A DNA stretch of 64,000 nt from NCBI GenBank assembly GCA_963676795.2, contig CAXXTB010000002.1, positions 1,536,001 to 1,600,000 on the forward strand, read 5' to 3'. The stretch comes from Geopsychrobacteraceae bacterium. Its GTDB lineage: Bacteria; Desulfobacterota; Desulfuromonadia; Desulfuromonadales; Geopsychrobacteraceae. Positions 49,483-59,533 of this stretch are shown here, one piece after another. Positions within the stretch are counted from its first letter, which is position 1, and every line of letters begins with the position of its first letter. A program made the translations under genes and the position numbers. The notes under the pieces were generated by a model that was not told the origin of the DNA, did no database searches, and worked only from the letters and a program-made list of their open reading frames with translations.

Positions 49483-49900
49483 CGGGAGTATAATCCTCGC
49501 TGTTTCTGACGTTAATCTGACCGGTCCGGCACAGGGTGACGGTAAAACGCAGACTATTGCCGCCAAGGTCTTTGCCGATCAGCTGAAAATGGGTCATGCT
49601 GCGTCCTGGCTTGATCTCGAAAGCCTGAACCCTCGGCCAGAGCAGACGCGGTTCGTTGGTCTGGACCGCATAGAGAATGCCGTTGATGATCAGTTCTCTG
49701 GTGTAGGGCAGATCGAGATAGAGAGCGGCTATATCGGGCATACCGAAGTCGGGCAGATGGCGTAGTGAATCGCGGCGGCTGTTCAGTAGCCGCTGCAGGT
49801 GTTCGCAGATACTGTTTTTCAGGCGTTGCCGGGCACCGGTATAGGCGATGTCGTCGCTGCTTGCGCTGCTGGTCAGAATGTCAAAAACTGTTTCGGCCAT
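49475..49900 (-). CDS. tssE: T6SS baseplate TssE (gp25-like)
   Basis: SICEHLQRLLNSR, PDFGMPD, NEPRL. Confidence 0.88.
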   Translation of the reverse strand: MAETVFDILTSSASSDDIAYTGARQRLKNSICEHLQRLLNSRRDSLRHLPDFGMPDIAALYLDLPYTRELIINGILYAVQTNEPRLLWPRVQAFEIKPGRSMTHFQLIGKDLGGNSLRFTVTLCRTGQINVRNSEDYTPDE

Positions 49901-49927
49901 GTATCGTCACATTCAAATGCAATAGAC

Positions 49928-49954
49928 TGCTCCGGAGGAAAAACCTCCGGAGCA
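49928..49954 (-). other. Strong hairpin directly after hcp
   Basis: 11-bp perfect stem tgctccggagg/cctccggagca with a 5-nt loop and no U-tract on the minus strand. Confidence 0.6.
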
Positions 49955-49960
49955 TGGTGT

Positions 49961-50446
49961 TTAGCGATTCTCTACCCAGGAATCTGAGAAAGAGATGTTG
50001 CCGTCGGTGTATGTCCAGGTGATTTTGGCATAGCGGCAGGCAACTTCCTCGAGGTGAGGATAACGCTCTTTGTCAAGGTCTTTGACGTTGTGCATGGTCG
50101 GTTTGACCGAGGTAATCTTGACGTCTTCGAGAATGTGAGAGAAATACTCTTCCTCTGCACCGGTATCGTTGATACGGTACCATCTCAACTCGATTTTCTT
50201 GAGAGTCTGACCGTTGCTGCACGCCTTGTAGAGGTAAGGGGTCGCGTTGTCGAAAGCTTTCAGGAAAACGAAAGGCTCGTGTTTTCGGGTGCCAGTCAGG
50301 CTTCCGGTGTCACTGTCAGTCGGAATCCGCAATTCATGATCGAAGCCAAGGATTTCAAGAGTTCCTTCGCGTCCGGACACAGTAACCGGACCGTCGATTT
50401 TTGAGCCTTGATCGTCGTAGATTGTCATGTAGCCAGGTATTGCCAT
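49961..50446 (-). CDS. hcp: T6SS tube protein Hcp
   Basis: MAIPGYM...GREG...LTGTRKHEPF...TPYLYKACSNGQTL...WYRIN...HLEEV...YAKITW. AAGGAG RBS before ATG 50446. Confidence 0.95.
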   Translation of the reverse strand: MAIPGYMTIYDDQGSKIDGPVTVSGREGTLEILGFDHELRIPTDSDTGSLTGTRKHEPFVFLKAFDNATPYLYKACSNGQTLKKIELRWYRINDTGAEEEYFSHILEDVKITSVKPTMHNVKDLDKERYPHLEEVACRYAKITWTYTDGNISFSDSWVENR

Positions 50447-50512
50447 TTTTCCCACTCCTTTAGCGGTAGTTATAGTGTGTCATCGACACAGGTTGAAACT
50501 CGCGGGCTCCTA

Positions 50513-52048
50513 TTAGCCATTGTCGCGAGGCATTTGGGCAACCAGCTTGAGCTGTACATCGACCCCCTCAATCTGGAAGTGCGGTTGAGCGGCAAGATCG
50601 ACCCGGTAATAGCCTGGGTTTTCGGGGATTTCGTAAACGGAAACCTTGCCATCGCGTAACGGATGAGTGGCGATCAGTTCCGGTTCCGGATCCTTCATTT
50701 TGGTGACCAGCGTCTGCAGCCATTCGTTCAGTTCGTTTTCCAGCCTTTGACGGCTTTTGGTGGTTCCGATATTTTCCCGTTGCAGCACCTTGAGATAGTG
50801 CGCTAATCGGGAAACAAGGAAGATGTACGGCAGACGTGCATTGATCATGCTGTTGGCATTGGCACCGGCATCTGCGTATTCATGCGGCTTCTGAACCGAG
50901 TTGGCCGAGAAGAAGCAGGCATAGTCGCTGTTCTTGTAATAGCTCAGCGGAATGAAGCCATGATTTGCCATCTCCAGTTCACGCGTCTCGGAAATGAGCA
51001 TTTCAGTCGGCATCTTCTTTTCGTACCCCTTGCCGTTGTCCTGCAGGTGAAGGGGCAGGTTGTCGACCTTGCCGCCTGCTTCAGGGCCGCGGATGTTGAC
51101 GGCCCAGCCGTTGTCGGCAAAGCTTTTAGCAATGTTGCCGGCAAAGGCGAAGACCGGGTTGCCGAACAGGTAGTTGTCATGGTTATCAAGCTGGACATCC
51201 TCTTCGTAATTGAAGGTTCTGACCGGAGTGCTGTCCTGGCCGTAGGGCAGACGCAACAGAAAGCGCGGCGTCAACAGCCCGATGTACCTGGAATCCTCGG
51301 TCTCCCGGAAAGATTTCCAGCGAGTATATTCCGCTTTTTCCATATAGTTGGTCAGGTCGTTGATCTGGCTGATTTCCTCGGCGTCCTTCTTGCCGAAGAA
51401 GCGCGCTCCGACCGAGGCGAGGAATGGGCAATGGCTGCTGGCCGATACCTTGGACAGATCCCTCAGCAGCGAGATGTCCTGGGCGGAGTTATCAAATTCG
51501 TAGTTGCCGATGATCGTCGCGAACGGCTCACCGCCAGGGGTGTCGTATTCGTCGACGTAAACATGTTTGTAAAGGCCGGTCTGGATAGTTTCCGGTGCGT
51601 CTTCAAAGTCATCGATCAGATCGTTTTTGGTGCAATCAAGAATTTCGACCTTGATGTTGCGGCGGAAATCACAGCGATCGATCATGAACTTGAGGCCGCG
51701 CCAGGTGCTCTCGATGCTTTTGAAAGATGGGTGATGAAGCACCGCATCGAGCTGCCTACTGATCGTTTGATCGATCTGGGCAATGTACTGATCGAGCAGG
51801 GTTTTATCGATCTTCTCGACCTGCGACTGGTTCTCGCTGGTCAGGTCGAGAAAAACCTGGATTCCGGCCGTCAGGCGTTCTCCCAGGGTGCTTGTCGCCA
51901 TCTGTTGAGCATCGGCGAAGTGATTCAATTCGATGGTTTTCGTCACCGGGGTGATATCGACCAGCTGACAGAGTCTTGAATATGAATCCAGGCTTTCCGT
52001 GATGTTCTGTGCGGCGGCCTGTTTGGCGTTGGTTGTATGGCTACTCAT
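50513..52048 (-). CDS. tssC: T6SS contractile sheath large subunit
   Basis: ESTWRGL, EYDTPGGEP, PRFLLRLPYG, IRGPEAGG, FFSANS, RLAHYLKV, HPLR, PHFQ. Confidence 0.95.
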   Translation of the reverse strand: MSSHTTNAKQAAAQNITESLDSYSRLCQLVDITPVTKTIELNHFADAQQMATSTLGERLTAGIQVFLDLTSENQSQVEKIDKTLLDQYIAQIDQTISRQLDAVLHHPSFKSIESTWRGLKFMIDRCDFRRNIKVEILDCTKNDLIDDFEDAPETIQTGLYKHVYVDEYDTPGGEPFATIIGNYEFDNSAQDISLLRDLSKVSASSHCPFLASVGARFFGKKDAEEISQINDLTNYMEKAEYTRWKSFRETEDSRYIGLLTPRFLLRLPYGQDSTPVRTFNYEEDVQLDNHDNYLFGNPVFAFAGNIAKSFADNGWAVNIRGPEAGGKVDNLPLHLQDNGKGYEKKMPTEMLISETRELEMANHGFIPLSYYKNSDYACFFSANSVQKPHEYADAGANANSMINARLPYIFLVSRLAHYLKVLQRENIGTTKSRQRLENELNEWLQTLVTKMKDPEPELIATHPLRDGKVSVYEIPENPGYYRVDLAAQPHFQIEGVDVQLKLVAQMPRDNG

Positions 52049-52077
52049 AAGTGTCCTCCTGTATCGCTGGCTTGATT

Positions 52078-52581
52078 TCAGCGCTGGCTGTCATCAGAAA
52101 GAAGTGATTCAAGCTGTTTTCTCAACCCATCGAGCTGAGGCTGGTCTGCGACGATCGCCTCAAGTTCCTTGCGGAATTTGGCATTGTCGAGCAGGTTCGA
52201 TTTGAGATCCTTGAGAAGGTTGCGCATCGCCATCAGGCTGTGCAGTTCAGGAATCTGCTGAGCCACGCGATCCGGGCGAAAATCGTTGATCGATTCAAAG
52301 GATAAGTCGACGCTCATATCGGAACCGTCCTTGGCCAGCTCATTCTGAACTTCGAAGCGGGTCGTCGGTTTCAGTTCCTTCATGACCGATTCGAAGTTGT
52401 TCTTATTGATGTTGATCCGCGCCCGGTCGGCAATTTTCTCTTTTGTCTGGTTATTGCTGAAATCGCCCATAACAAGCATCTTCAGCGGCAGCTCGACCTT
52501 CTTACGCTGCCCGCCGGTTTCGACATTCAGCGACAGGTTGATACGTGCCTTAGGAATCTCTTTCTGGAAGCTACCTTTCAT
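52078..52581 (-). CDS. tssB: T6SS contractile sheath small subunit
   Basis: SFQKEIPKARIN...ELPLKMLVMGDFS...DFRPDRVAQQIPEL...RNLLKDLK. Confidence 0.95.
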   Translation of the reverse strand: MKGSFQKEIPKARINLSLNVETGGQRKKVELPLKMLVMGDFSNNQTKEKIADRARININKNNFESVMKELKPTTRFEVQNELAKDGSDMSVDLSFESINDFRPDRVAQQIPELHSLMAMRNLLKDLKSNLLDNAKFRKELEAIVADQPQLDGLRKQLESLLSDDSQR

Positions 52582-52630
52582 AACAATTCTCCTTTGTTAG
52601 AATTCATAGTTAAAAAATTACGTTAACCGT

Positions 52631-54151
52631 TTAGGTGAGATTTGCCGCCAGGGAGAGATCGATCAGACAGGCATCGCTGTGTAGTTGCTGAATCTCCTGG
52701 GCAATCTGAGTTTTTTCAAGTTTGTCGCTGGTGTTGAGCGACTGCAGTGCTTTACAGCGCAGTTGAATGATTTCAATCGCCAGTTGCGGATGCCAGACAC
52801 CAAGCTTTTTACCCTGCGCCTGGGAGTGCAGCTGTCTGAGAACAGATTCAGCCATCTGGGGCTTACCGGCAACCAGGCAGAGGCGCGCTTCGCATAACTG
52901 TTTCTGCAGACGCTCCAATTCAGACTGGCAATTCACCTGGCGCAAATGCGCGATGGCCTTGGCTAATTGCTTCTCACCAGCCAGCGTGGTAGCGGCGTCC
53001 ATCGCCTCTTCGAGAGAAGCAGTAAAATCATATTCAGACGGGGATTCAGAGCCTGCTGGTGCTGATTGCTGGACCAGGGTTTCAATCCACATCAGGGTTT
53101 CCCCATCACAGAATGGACTCGCATCGGCAAAATAAAGCTGAAGGATTTCCGGTACCGCACTGCTCCATTGGCAAACCTGGGCTTCGATCAGGCGCTGAAG
53201 CTGTTCAAGCTTTCCTGTTTTGGCCTGTTGCCAGAGGATGTACTGGAGCTTCATGGCATAGCGGTAACCGGTTTCCATGAAGAGCTTTTCGCAAAAACGG
53301 ATTGTTTCAAGCTTGTTCCCAGCTGAGGTCAGGTTGTTCAGTTCGGCCCAGCCACTTGCTCTCGGTGCCGGGACTTTCGTGTGCCCTTGTTCGTTCGGAG
53401 GAACGCTGTTGGTGCTCCAGAACAGAGCTCTCGAGAGGGCGATTGCCCGATAGTCATCGCCTTTTTCACTGAGATATTTATGCAGCTTGCGCGCTTCGTT
53501 TTCGAACTCCCGCTCAGAGCCTGGTGCTGCAGAGTTTTCTCCACTGACCGGAGCATGGGCTGTCGTTGGCACGGCTGTTGCCTGAGACCTGTTTTCTTCA
53601 TGTGCCGGCTTAGGGGTAGCCTCTTTCGTTTTTTTGCCAAACCACTGTGCCAGCCCAGACAAGCGCGGAACATCGCCACCTAATTTCTCGACCAGGAATG
53701 CATTGATACGGACAATTTCCTGGCTGATGGCTTCGGTCAATTCGTGGTCCTCGACAGCATGCGAGTTTTCTGCAAAGGCAGTCAGGCGCGGATTGTTCAG
53801 CAACATCAGTGCCGCTTGACGTTGATTTTCCTTTTGTGGATGGCACTGATCCCAGAATTCTTCGCTCAAAATTCGGTAACAGCAGAGTCCATGATAGAGT
53901 CCAGGCCAGCCATCGACGAAGGTTGAAGCAAGCAGGAGAAAAGCGGCGATACGCAGGTCTTTTGTCGTTGAGCAGAGCAGTTCGCGCGAATCGTTGATGA
54001 CCCTTTCGTAATCTGTGCCGCTGAGTTTTTCGATCTCTTCCTTGATGAGAAGAAAGCTATCGAGATAGCGAGGATCTTCTCCACAGGGATTTTCTGTTGT
54101 TACGGGTGTTGAAACAGCCGTAAGCCATTCCGGGAGTCTGGTTTGCTTCAT
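52631..54151 (-). CDS. tssA: T6SS TssA (ImpA N-terminal domain plus VasJ-like C-terminus)
   Basis: PCGEDPRY...EIEKL, TKDLRIA, FWDQCHP...RQAAL, SRALFW, LYFADASPF. Confidence 0.85.
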   Translation of the reverse strand: MKQTRLPEWLTAVSTPVTTENPCGEDPRYLDSFLLIKEEIEKLSGTDYERVINDSRELLCSTTKDLRIAAFLLLASTFVDGWPGLYHGLCCYRILSEEFWDQCHPQKENQRQAALMLLNNPRLTAFAENSHAVEDHELTEAISQEIVRINAFLVEKLGGDVPRLSGLAQWFGKKTKEATPKPAHEENRSQATAVPTTAHAPVSGENSAAPGSEREFENEARKLHKYLSEKGDDYRAIALSRALFWSTNSVPPNEQGHTKVPAPRASGWAELNNLTSAGNKLETIRFCEKLFMETGYRYAMKLQYILWQQAKTGKLEQLQRLIEAQVCQWSSAVPEILQLYFADASPFCDGETLMWIETLVQQSAPAGSESPSEYDFTASLEEAMDAATTLAGEKQLAKAIAHLRQVNCQSELERLQKQLCEARLCLVAGKPQMAESVLRQLHSQAQGKKLGVWHPQLAIEIIQLRCKALQSLNTSDKLEKTQIAQEIQQLHSDACLIDLSLAANLT

Positions 54152-55167
54152 AGGACTATCTCTCGGCGGCCAAGACGATAGAGCAGGTCAAGCAGCGAGG
54201 TGTCCGCTTCCATAAGCAGGCGTTTCCGATCGATTCTGCTGACAAAGTTCGGAATCTCATACGTTTCGTCAAGGACGTCATATATGACATTGTCCTTGCA
54301 TTTGTGGTTTATCAGAGGCAGCAGGTGCGAGGGTGGCAACTCGCGGAAAAACAGGGTCAGACTGCTGGTGTACTCTGCAGATGACTTATTCCAGAAATAG
54401 TGTGCCCGCCAGAAGCGGTCTTCAAGGATGGCTTCGATCATCTGCACCCAAAAAACGACGAAGGGAGTTGGATCCTCGCAGTTGGGCAAAGGGATACGGA
54501 TTCCCCAGACGCATTTCGATGGCCCTCTTTTGATGACGGTTTTAAGGAAATCAAAGAAGGTAAACAGAAAACGTTCCTTCAGCTCATCTGTCATGGGCGC
54601 AGCCAGTCTGTCCCAGTACAGCGCTGACGGGATATCTCTCAGCAGCCTGATCTGCTCACTCAGAATTGTCCTGGTTTCCTGCATGTCATCCTGATAGGCC
54701 AGCAGCTCCAGTCTGTTGGCTAGCTCCTGCGAGGTGCGATGGTCAGCGAGAGTCTCCAGGATCCCTTCGGTGAGGAGAAAGCGTTTGGCATAGGTCACGG
54801 CGACAGCCGCCCTGTGACTCGCAAATACCTGGTTGTTGTTGAGGTACATGAGCGCAAACGGGTAGACCCGTCCGCTCTTGTCCTGACTGCCAACCAGGGA
54901 GCCGAACAGGTTGTGCTCCTGATCCGAACCTGTCCTGACGAAATGATGACAGGGGAAGGTGCGAAAGAAATCTGGGGTGTTTTTCGGGTATCTGCGGGCG
55001 ATACAGCCAACACCTTCCTGCAACCAGTGTTCAAAAGCGACGACCTCGCGCTGTCTGACGTTATGACGGAAAAATTCGTTGTAGTGCGGAATTTTGCCGA
55101 AACCACTTGGATGAACAATTTTTGCCGAATCGTACTGATTCGTCTGACGCTCGAAAAACTTGAACAT
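54148..55167 (-). CDS. tagF: T6SS-associated TagF (DUF2094)
   Basis: FGKIPHYNEF, WLQEG, SQDKSGRVYPF; directly after tssM. Confidence 0.82.
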   Translation of the reverse strand: MFKFFERQTNQYDSAKIVHPSGFGKIPHYNEFFRHNVRQREVVAFEHWLQEGVGCIARRYPKNTPDFFRTFPCHHFVRTGSDQEHNLFGSLVGSQDKSGRVYPFALMYLNNNQVFASHRAAVAVTYAKRFLLTEGILETLADHRTSQELANRLELLAYQDDMQETRTILSEQIRLLRDIPSALYWDRLAAPMTDELKERFLFTFFDFLKTVIKRGPSKCVWGIRIPLPNCEDPTPFVVFWVQMIEAILEDRFWRAHYFWNKSSAEYTSSLTLFFRELPPSHLLPLINHKCKDNVIYDVLDETYEIPNFVSRIDRKRLLMEADTSLLDLLYRLGRREIVL

Positions 55168-55175
55168 AAGCAGTC

Positions 55176-58100
55176 CTAAAAAATTTTCTCAGGCAGGCTG
55201 AAGGTGCTGAACAGATTCCTGGAAAATGCATTCGTGTGTCTGTCCGGACGCAATTTAAAGCGGATGACCGCGTCCTGATGGTATTCGGTCGGAAGGGTCC
55301 AGGTGACCAGATACTGGCCGTTTTCCGGTGTCATCTGGGCTTCTTCGAGAAGATGGAAGAGGCTCCATTCTCCGGAAAAATCAAGCTTGGTCTGTGCCTG
55401 ATCGCCGATAGGAATACAGCTGATAGAGGCAGAGGTTTCACTGATATCACCTGGCCAGCTGAACGATTTCCATTCCTGGGGTTCATTCTGATAGATCATT
55501 TTCTGACCATTGCTGTTGAAGCTCACAACTCTCAGTCCGCTGCTTGGTATCGGATAAATCGCGTAATGAACATCAGGCTGGCCACGTCTAAGAAGTCCTT
55601 CGCTGATTTCCGCAGCCCTCGGCAGAGCGTTAAGAAAGGACGCAGAGATATTCACGCCTTGATCCAGCCAGGTTTTATTCGTCCAGCCGGTTCTGCGCTT
55701 ACGCAAGAAAGGTTTGAGCTGGGTGTTGGTATATGACCAGATCAGACCGTCGTCATCGCGGAAAAAGTCCGTAATGTCGGCCAGCGAGGCGTCGCTACCG
55801 CCTTTCTTGAAGGGATATTTTCCGGCGATCTTCTTTTTGTAGTTTGCATAGACCGCTGTTTTCCACTGATTCTGGAGAAAGCTACGGGCCTCAGCGAGAG
55901 TCGTGCCCCAGGCGAGGCTGAGAGGTTGCGAGAATAGATTTTCTGCGGCCTTGCGGGTGCGCGCTCCGATACCGTTGGTAATGCTTTTGGTTGTCAACCA
56001 GCTCTTGTAAAGCTCGGACTGCGATGCGCCGTCGCCGCTTAAGATCATCGCCGTATAATCATAAGATTCCTGGGACAGATCGACCGCCGCTGCAAGCTGA
56101 TCAAATTCGCTCTGCGCCGAACCGAGCGCCAGCAGGTATTGGTTCACCAGCAGTCTGGTTGACATTTTGTCTCCTGGGATAGCAAACTTCCGCAGGTCGT
56201 GGAGCGCTGTTTCAAGCTCGGCGATCCGCTTTCTTTCACTGTTGCCCTGCAAAGCAGAGATTTGTTCTGGTGCTGTTCCCGTTGCCGACAGAGGCGATTC
56301 GTTCCTGTATTCGTAAAGCTCAATGTTCTCGGCAATAACCTGGAACAGCTCGGCGATCGGACCGTCTAAACCAGCCAGAACCAGCAGTTTGTCACTGCTG
56401 TCCTTGATATCCTGAAAAGGCTTGAATCTGATATTTTCAACGACCTTCAGCCAGGTGTCCGCATAGTCCTTGAAGTACAGTTCGCGCACCTCGGCCGAAA
56501 TTTTGCTGACCAGTTTCGCGTCTACCTGCTCATCAGCAGTGCTTTTCTGTTGCTGATAACCGGTGACCCAATCACCAAGGCAGGCCGTTTTAATGGTTTT
56601 CTCAAGCTGCGCAGTGACGTAGTCGTACCAACCTGTCGCGGTATAGATATAAGGGATGTGATACTGAGATGTGATCAGCCCTTTGTCTGGACCTTTCAGC
56701 AAATCGACAAGAGCGAGGTCCTTATGCGCTTCGGCACCGATATTTCGCAGTTGGGCATAGATCCGTTCGGCGTCCGGTTCGTTAACGAGGTTTTTCTGTG
56801 CTTTCGTGATCAGTTGTTCGTCCGCACTGAAAAGTAGGTCAGTGTGTGAGTTCTTAACCTGCTCAAGGTAGAGCTTGAGTAGCTTGGAGACGTTCTCTTG
56901 CTCCTGACTGCTCAAGGACTCAGTCAGACCGAAGGAATGACATCGCTGGCTGAACAAGGTCTGAAAAGTCATATCCACATACTTGCCGTCAAGATATTCT
57001 GGTTTCGCCAGCATCAGGTAGGTTTTCAGCAGACGATAATAGTCATCCCGCATCCGGTCCTGGTCTTTGACGTGAGAGGCTGCCCAGGCGTGCGTCTTGT
57101 CCGACAATGACTTTTCCAGGTCAAGATAGAGCGGTTTAAAGATCAGTTGCTCAAAGGCATCGAGTAAAACTGATTTTATATATGGCAGCTGCTTGTTCCC
57201 TTCATAAACGCCAATGACCAATTGGAGGGGACGCTTGTCCTGGTAGCTGATCAGTTTGTCGTAATGAGTCAAGGCCGCTGCAAATGCCGCAATTCTTGTT
57301 CGTGGATTCTGTTCATTGCTTTTGACCAGTGCAGACAGTTCCTGCACGGCATTTGTCCCGTTTTTGAGCAGCAAGGAATTCATGGTCAGGCTGGTGCTCA
57401 AAACCAGGAAACTAACAATGACAGTGGCCGCACAGCAGAGAATGCAGGCCGTTTTAAGGGTTCGATTTATGAATCCAGCTTTTTTCGAACGGCTGACGTC
57501 CTGTGAATTCGGGAAAACAACCTGTTTAAAGACGTTTTTTACGAAGAAGCTGACTGGTTCCGGCAAGGCTGTTGGCAGGTCCTCATCCACGTAACCGAAT
57601 GCCTGACGCATTTTCCCGACAATTTTTTGAATCGGGGTTCCTTCCTGGGTTGCACTGGTCAGATAGATACCGCAGAAGTTTGGTGTATCCTGATAGGGGT
57701 TTTCCTTGGTCAGTCGGGCAATAAAATCAACGAGAATTTCCTTACCCGCTTCAAACTGGTTCGGGAAACCGAAAAGCTCGCTTTTCAGTTCTTTTTTTCT
57801 GACCATCGATATCTTGTTGATCCGCAATTCGCAAAGTCGCAGGTAAAGCTTGTCGATCCCCAGGGCAAAGCCGTTGCTGATATCGGGCGTGTTGTGATGG
57901 CCGAGCCAGACCCCCCAGACCTGTTCTCTTTCCTGCTCGTCCAGATCGGCGAAAAATGAGGAGAAGCCGTAGAGCAGGTCACATTTGGTAAACACGATAT
58001 AGATTGGGAAGACGCAGGCCAGTTCGGTGGTTAGCTCATCGATCCGATCGCGGATGATTTTTACATGTCGTTCAATTTCCTTGGAATCTGCGGTCAGCAG

Positions 58101-58766
58101 CTCAGAGATACTGATTGCAACAATCGCCCCGTTGAGTGGCTGACGGCGTCGATGCTTGCGCAACAAAGCGAGGAATTCGAGCCACTCGTGGTGATCATCC
58201 TGCTCGGTTGTATAACGTCCCGCCGTGTCGAGCAGGACCGCGTCATTGGAAAACCACCAGTCGCAATTGCGGGTCCCGCCAAAACCGCGAATGTCGATAT
58301 CGCTGTCATGTGCATAGGGAAAATTCAGGCCTGAATTCCTCAGCAATGTCGTTTTACCGGCAGCGGAAGGGCCGATAATCATGAACCAAGGGAGGGCATA
58401 AAGGGCTGCATTCCCCCGGTTCTGGACGCCAAGTTCGGAGCTTTTCAGCGACGTGATGGCATCGTTCATTTTGGTTTTCAATTCGGCAATTTCAGCTTGG
58501 CGAGAATGATCCTGCGTCGTCGAATGGCTATCAAGATCCTGGCGAAATTTCTTTGATCTCCTTTTCACCAGGAGAATCTTCGCCAACCAGATCAGGGCGG
58601 ACACGACCAGTACGCCGAAAATGGTGTAGATCCGCACATGGCTTCCGGTTAAGCCGAGGTAGGGACCTGCCCACCAGATCAGTGAAAGGATCAACATCAG
58701 ACCAATCAGTCGCGATCCGATCCGCCCCAAAAGATATGCCTGCACAAAAATAATAATATTCTGCAT
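55176..58766 (-). CDS. tssM: T6SS membrane subunit TssM (IcmF)
   Basis: LPWFMIIGPSAAGKTTLL, GGTRNCDWW, LDTAGRY, PLNG, FTKCDLL, GKYPF, GEWSLFHLL. Confidence 0.95.
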   Translation of the reverse strand: MQNIIIFVQAYLLGRIGSRLIGLMLILSLIWWAGPYLGLTGSHVRIYTIFGVLVVSALIWLAKILLVKRRSKKFRQDLDSHSTTQDHSRQAEIAELKTKMNDAITSLKSSELGVQNRGNAALYALPWFMIIGPSAAGKTTLLRNSGLNFPYAHDSDIDIRGFGGTRNCDWWFSNDAVLLDTAGRYTTEQDDHHEWLEFLALLRKHRRRQPLNGAIVAISISELLTADSKEIERHVKIIRDRIDELTTELACVFPIYIVFTKCDLLYGFSSFFADLDEQEREQVWGVWLGHHNTPDISNGFALGIDKLYLRLCELRINKISMVRKKELKSELFGFPNQFEAGKEILVDFIARLTKENPYQDTPNFCGIYLTSATQEGTPIQKIVGKMRQAFGYVDEDLPTALPEPVSFFVKNVFKQVVFPNSQDVSRSKKAGFINRTLKTACILCCAATVIVSFLVLSTSLTMNSLLLKNGTNAVQELSALVKSNEQNPRTRIAAFAAALTHYDKLISYQDKRPLQLVIGVYEGNKQLPYIKSVLLDAFEQLIFKPLYLDLEKSLSDKTHAWAASHVKDQDRMRDDYYRLLKTYLMLAKPEYLDGKYVDMTFQTLFSQRCHSFGLTESLSSQEQENVSKLLKLYLEQVKNSHTDLLFSADEQLITKAQKNLVNEPDAERIYAQLRNIGAEAHKDLALVDLLKGPDKGLITSQYHIPYIYTATGWYDYVTAQLEKTIKTACLGDWVTGYQQQKSTADEQVDAKLVSKISAEVRELYFKDYADTWLKVVENIRFKPFQDIKDSSDKLLVLAGLDGPIAELFQVIAENIELYEYRNESPLSATGTAPEQISALQGNSERKRIAELETALHDLRKFAIPGDKMSTRLLVNQYLLALGSAQSEFDQLAAAVDLSQESYDYTAMILSGDGASQSELYKSWLTTKSITNGIGARTRKAAENLFSQPLSLAWGTTLAEARSFLQNQWKTAVYANYKKKIAGKYPFKKGGSDASLADITDFFRDDDGLIWSYTNTQLKPFLRKRRTGWTNKTWLDQGVNISASFLNALPRAAEISEGLLRRGQPDVHYAIYPIPSSGLRVVSFNSNGQKMIYQNEPQEWKSFSWPGDISETSASISCIPIGDQAQTKLDFSGEWSLFHLLEEAQMTPENGQYLVTWTLPTEYHQDAVIRFKLRPDRHTNAFSRNLFSTFSLPEKIF

Positions 58767-58804
58767 AACTGAAAAACCTGCGTTTCTATAAGGTTATGTG
58801 TTGT

Positions 58805-59530
58805 TTAGTATTTTGGCGCGTTGCCCTTGAGGATCAAGCTTTGTTCCAACTGGATGGCAGAGAAATTAGCCTCTGCCAGATTGTTCGCCGTCGCGGAATA
58901 GCCAAGATATGTGAAAAACACTGCTGCAATGGTGACAACAATGATGACCCAGTACGGAACCTGGCGTCTGACCTTGTTGATCAACGCATGACCAGGCAGG
59001 CCCGGCGGGGCGAGTACCGATTCAACCGGTCCCCGGTAGGAATCGATTTGCGCGCGCAAATCGACCTGCAACGCCATCAGATGTTCGAGCCCCTTGATTT
59101 TGTAGATGCCTTCGAAGCCCATTTGCATGCAGTAGTAGTAGAGCTCAAGGAGATCGACATTATCTTCAGCACCCTGGCGCAGGGTCGCAAGACGCGTGAA
59201 GAAGCCTTCACCCGCGGTGTGCTCACCAAAAAAGTCAAGCTGCAGTGGCCGGGTCATCCACTGATCACGCCCTGACCATGACGAGTTCAGAACCAACTCG
59301 TCAATGAATGCGGTTAACGCGTACTTCGCATCCTTGAATTCGATCATGGGAATCTGCATATCGATGGCTTTCTTCTCCATGATCGTAAATTCATTGATCA
59401 GCGTTTCGCGGAAGTCTGCATCGATCCGTTGTGCTCTGATCTCATCTTTGAGGGCGGAGAGCTGATTGAAGAGACCTTCACTGCAGTTCAGCAAGGGATT
59501 GATATAGCTTCTTTTGTTTATCTTGGCCAT
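58805..59530 (-). CDS. tssL: T6SS TssL (DotU), no OmpA domain
   Basis: KYALTAFIDE, PLQLDFFGEHTAGEGFF, LELYYYCMQMGFEGIY, single C-terminal TM. Confidence 0.92.
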   Translation of the reverse strand: MAKINKRSYINPLLNCSEGLFNQLSALKDEIRAQRIDADFRETLINEFTIMEKKAIDMQIPMIEFKDAKYALTAFIDELVLNSSWSGRDQWMTRPLQLDFFGEHTAGEGFFTRLATLRQGAEDNVDLLELYYYCMQMGFEGIYKIKGLEHLMALQVDLRAQIDSYRGPVESVLAPPGLPGHALINKVRRQVPYWVIIVVTIAAVFFTYLGYSATANNLAEANFSAIQLEQSLILKGNAPKY

Positions 59531-59533
59531 TGG

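Noticed and set aside
49483..49566. Extended starts in the ORF track for tssF (also hcp 50455, tssJ 61427, MFP 22197, gltX 18023, aspC 26636)
   Set aside because: Downstream starts have better RBSs or family-typical N-termini and avoid long overlaps.
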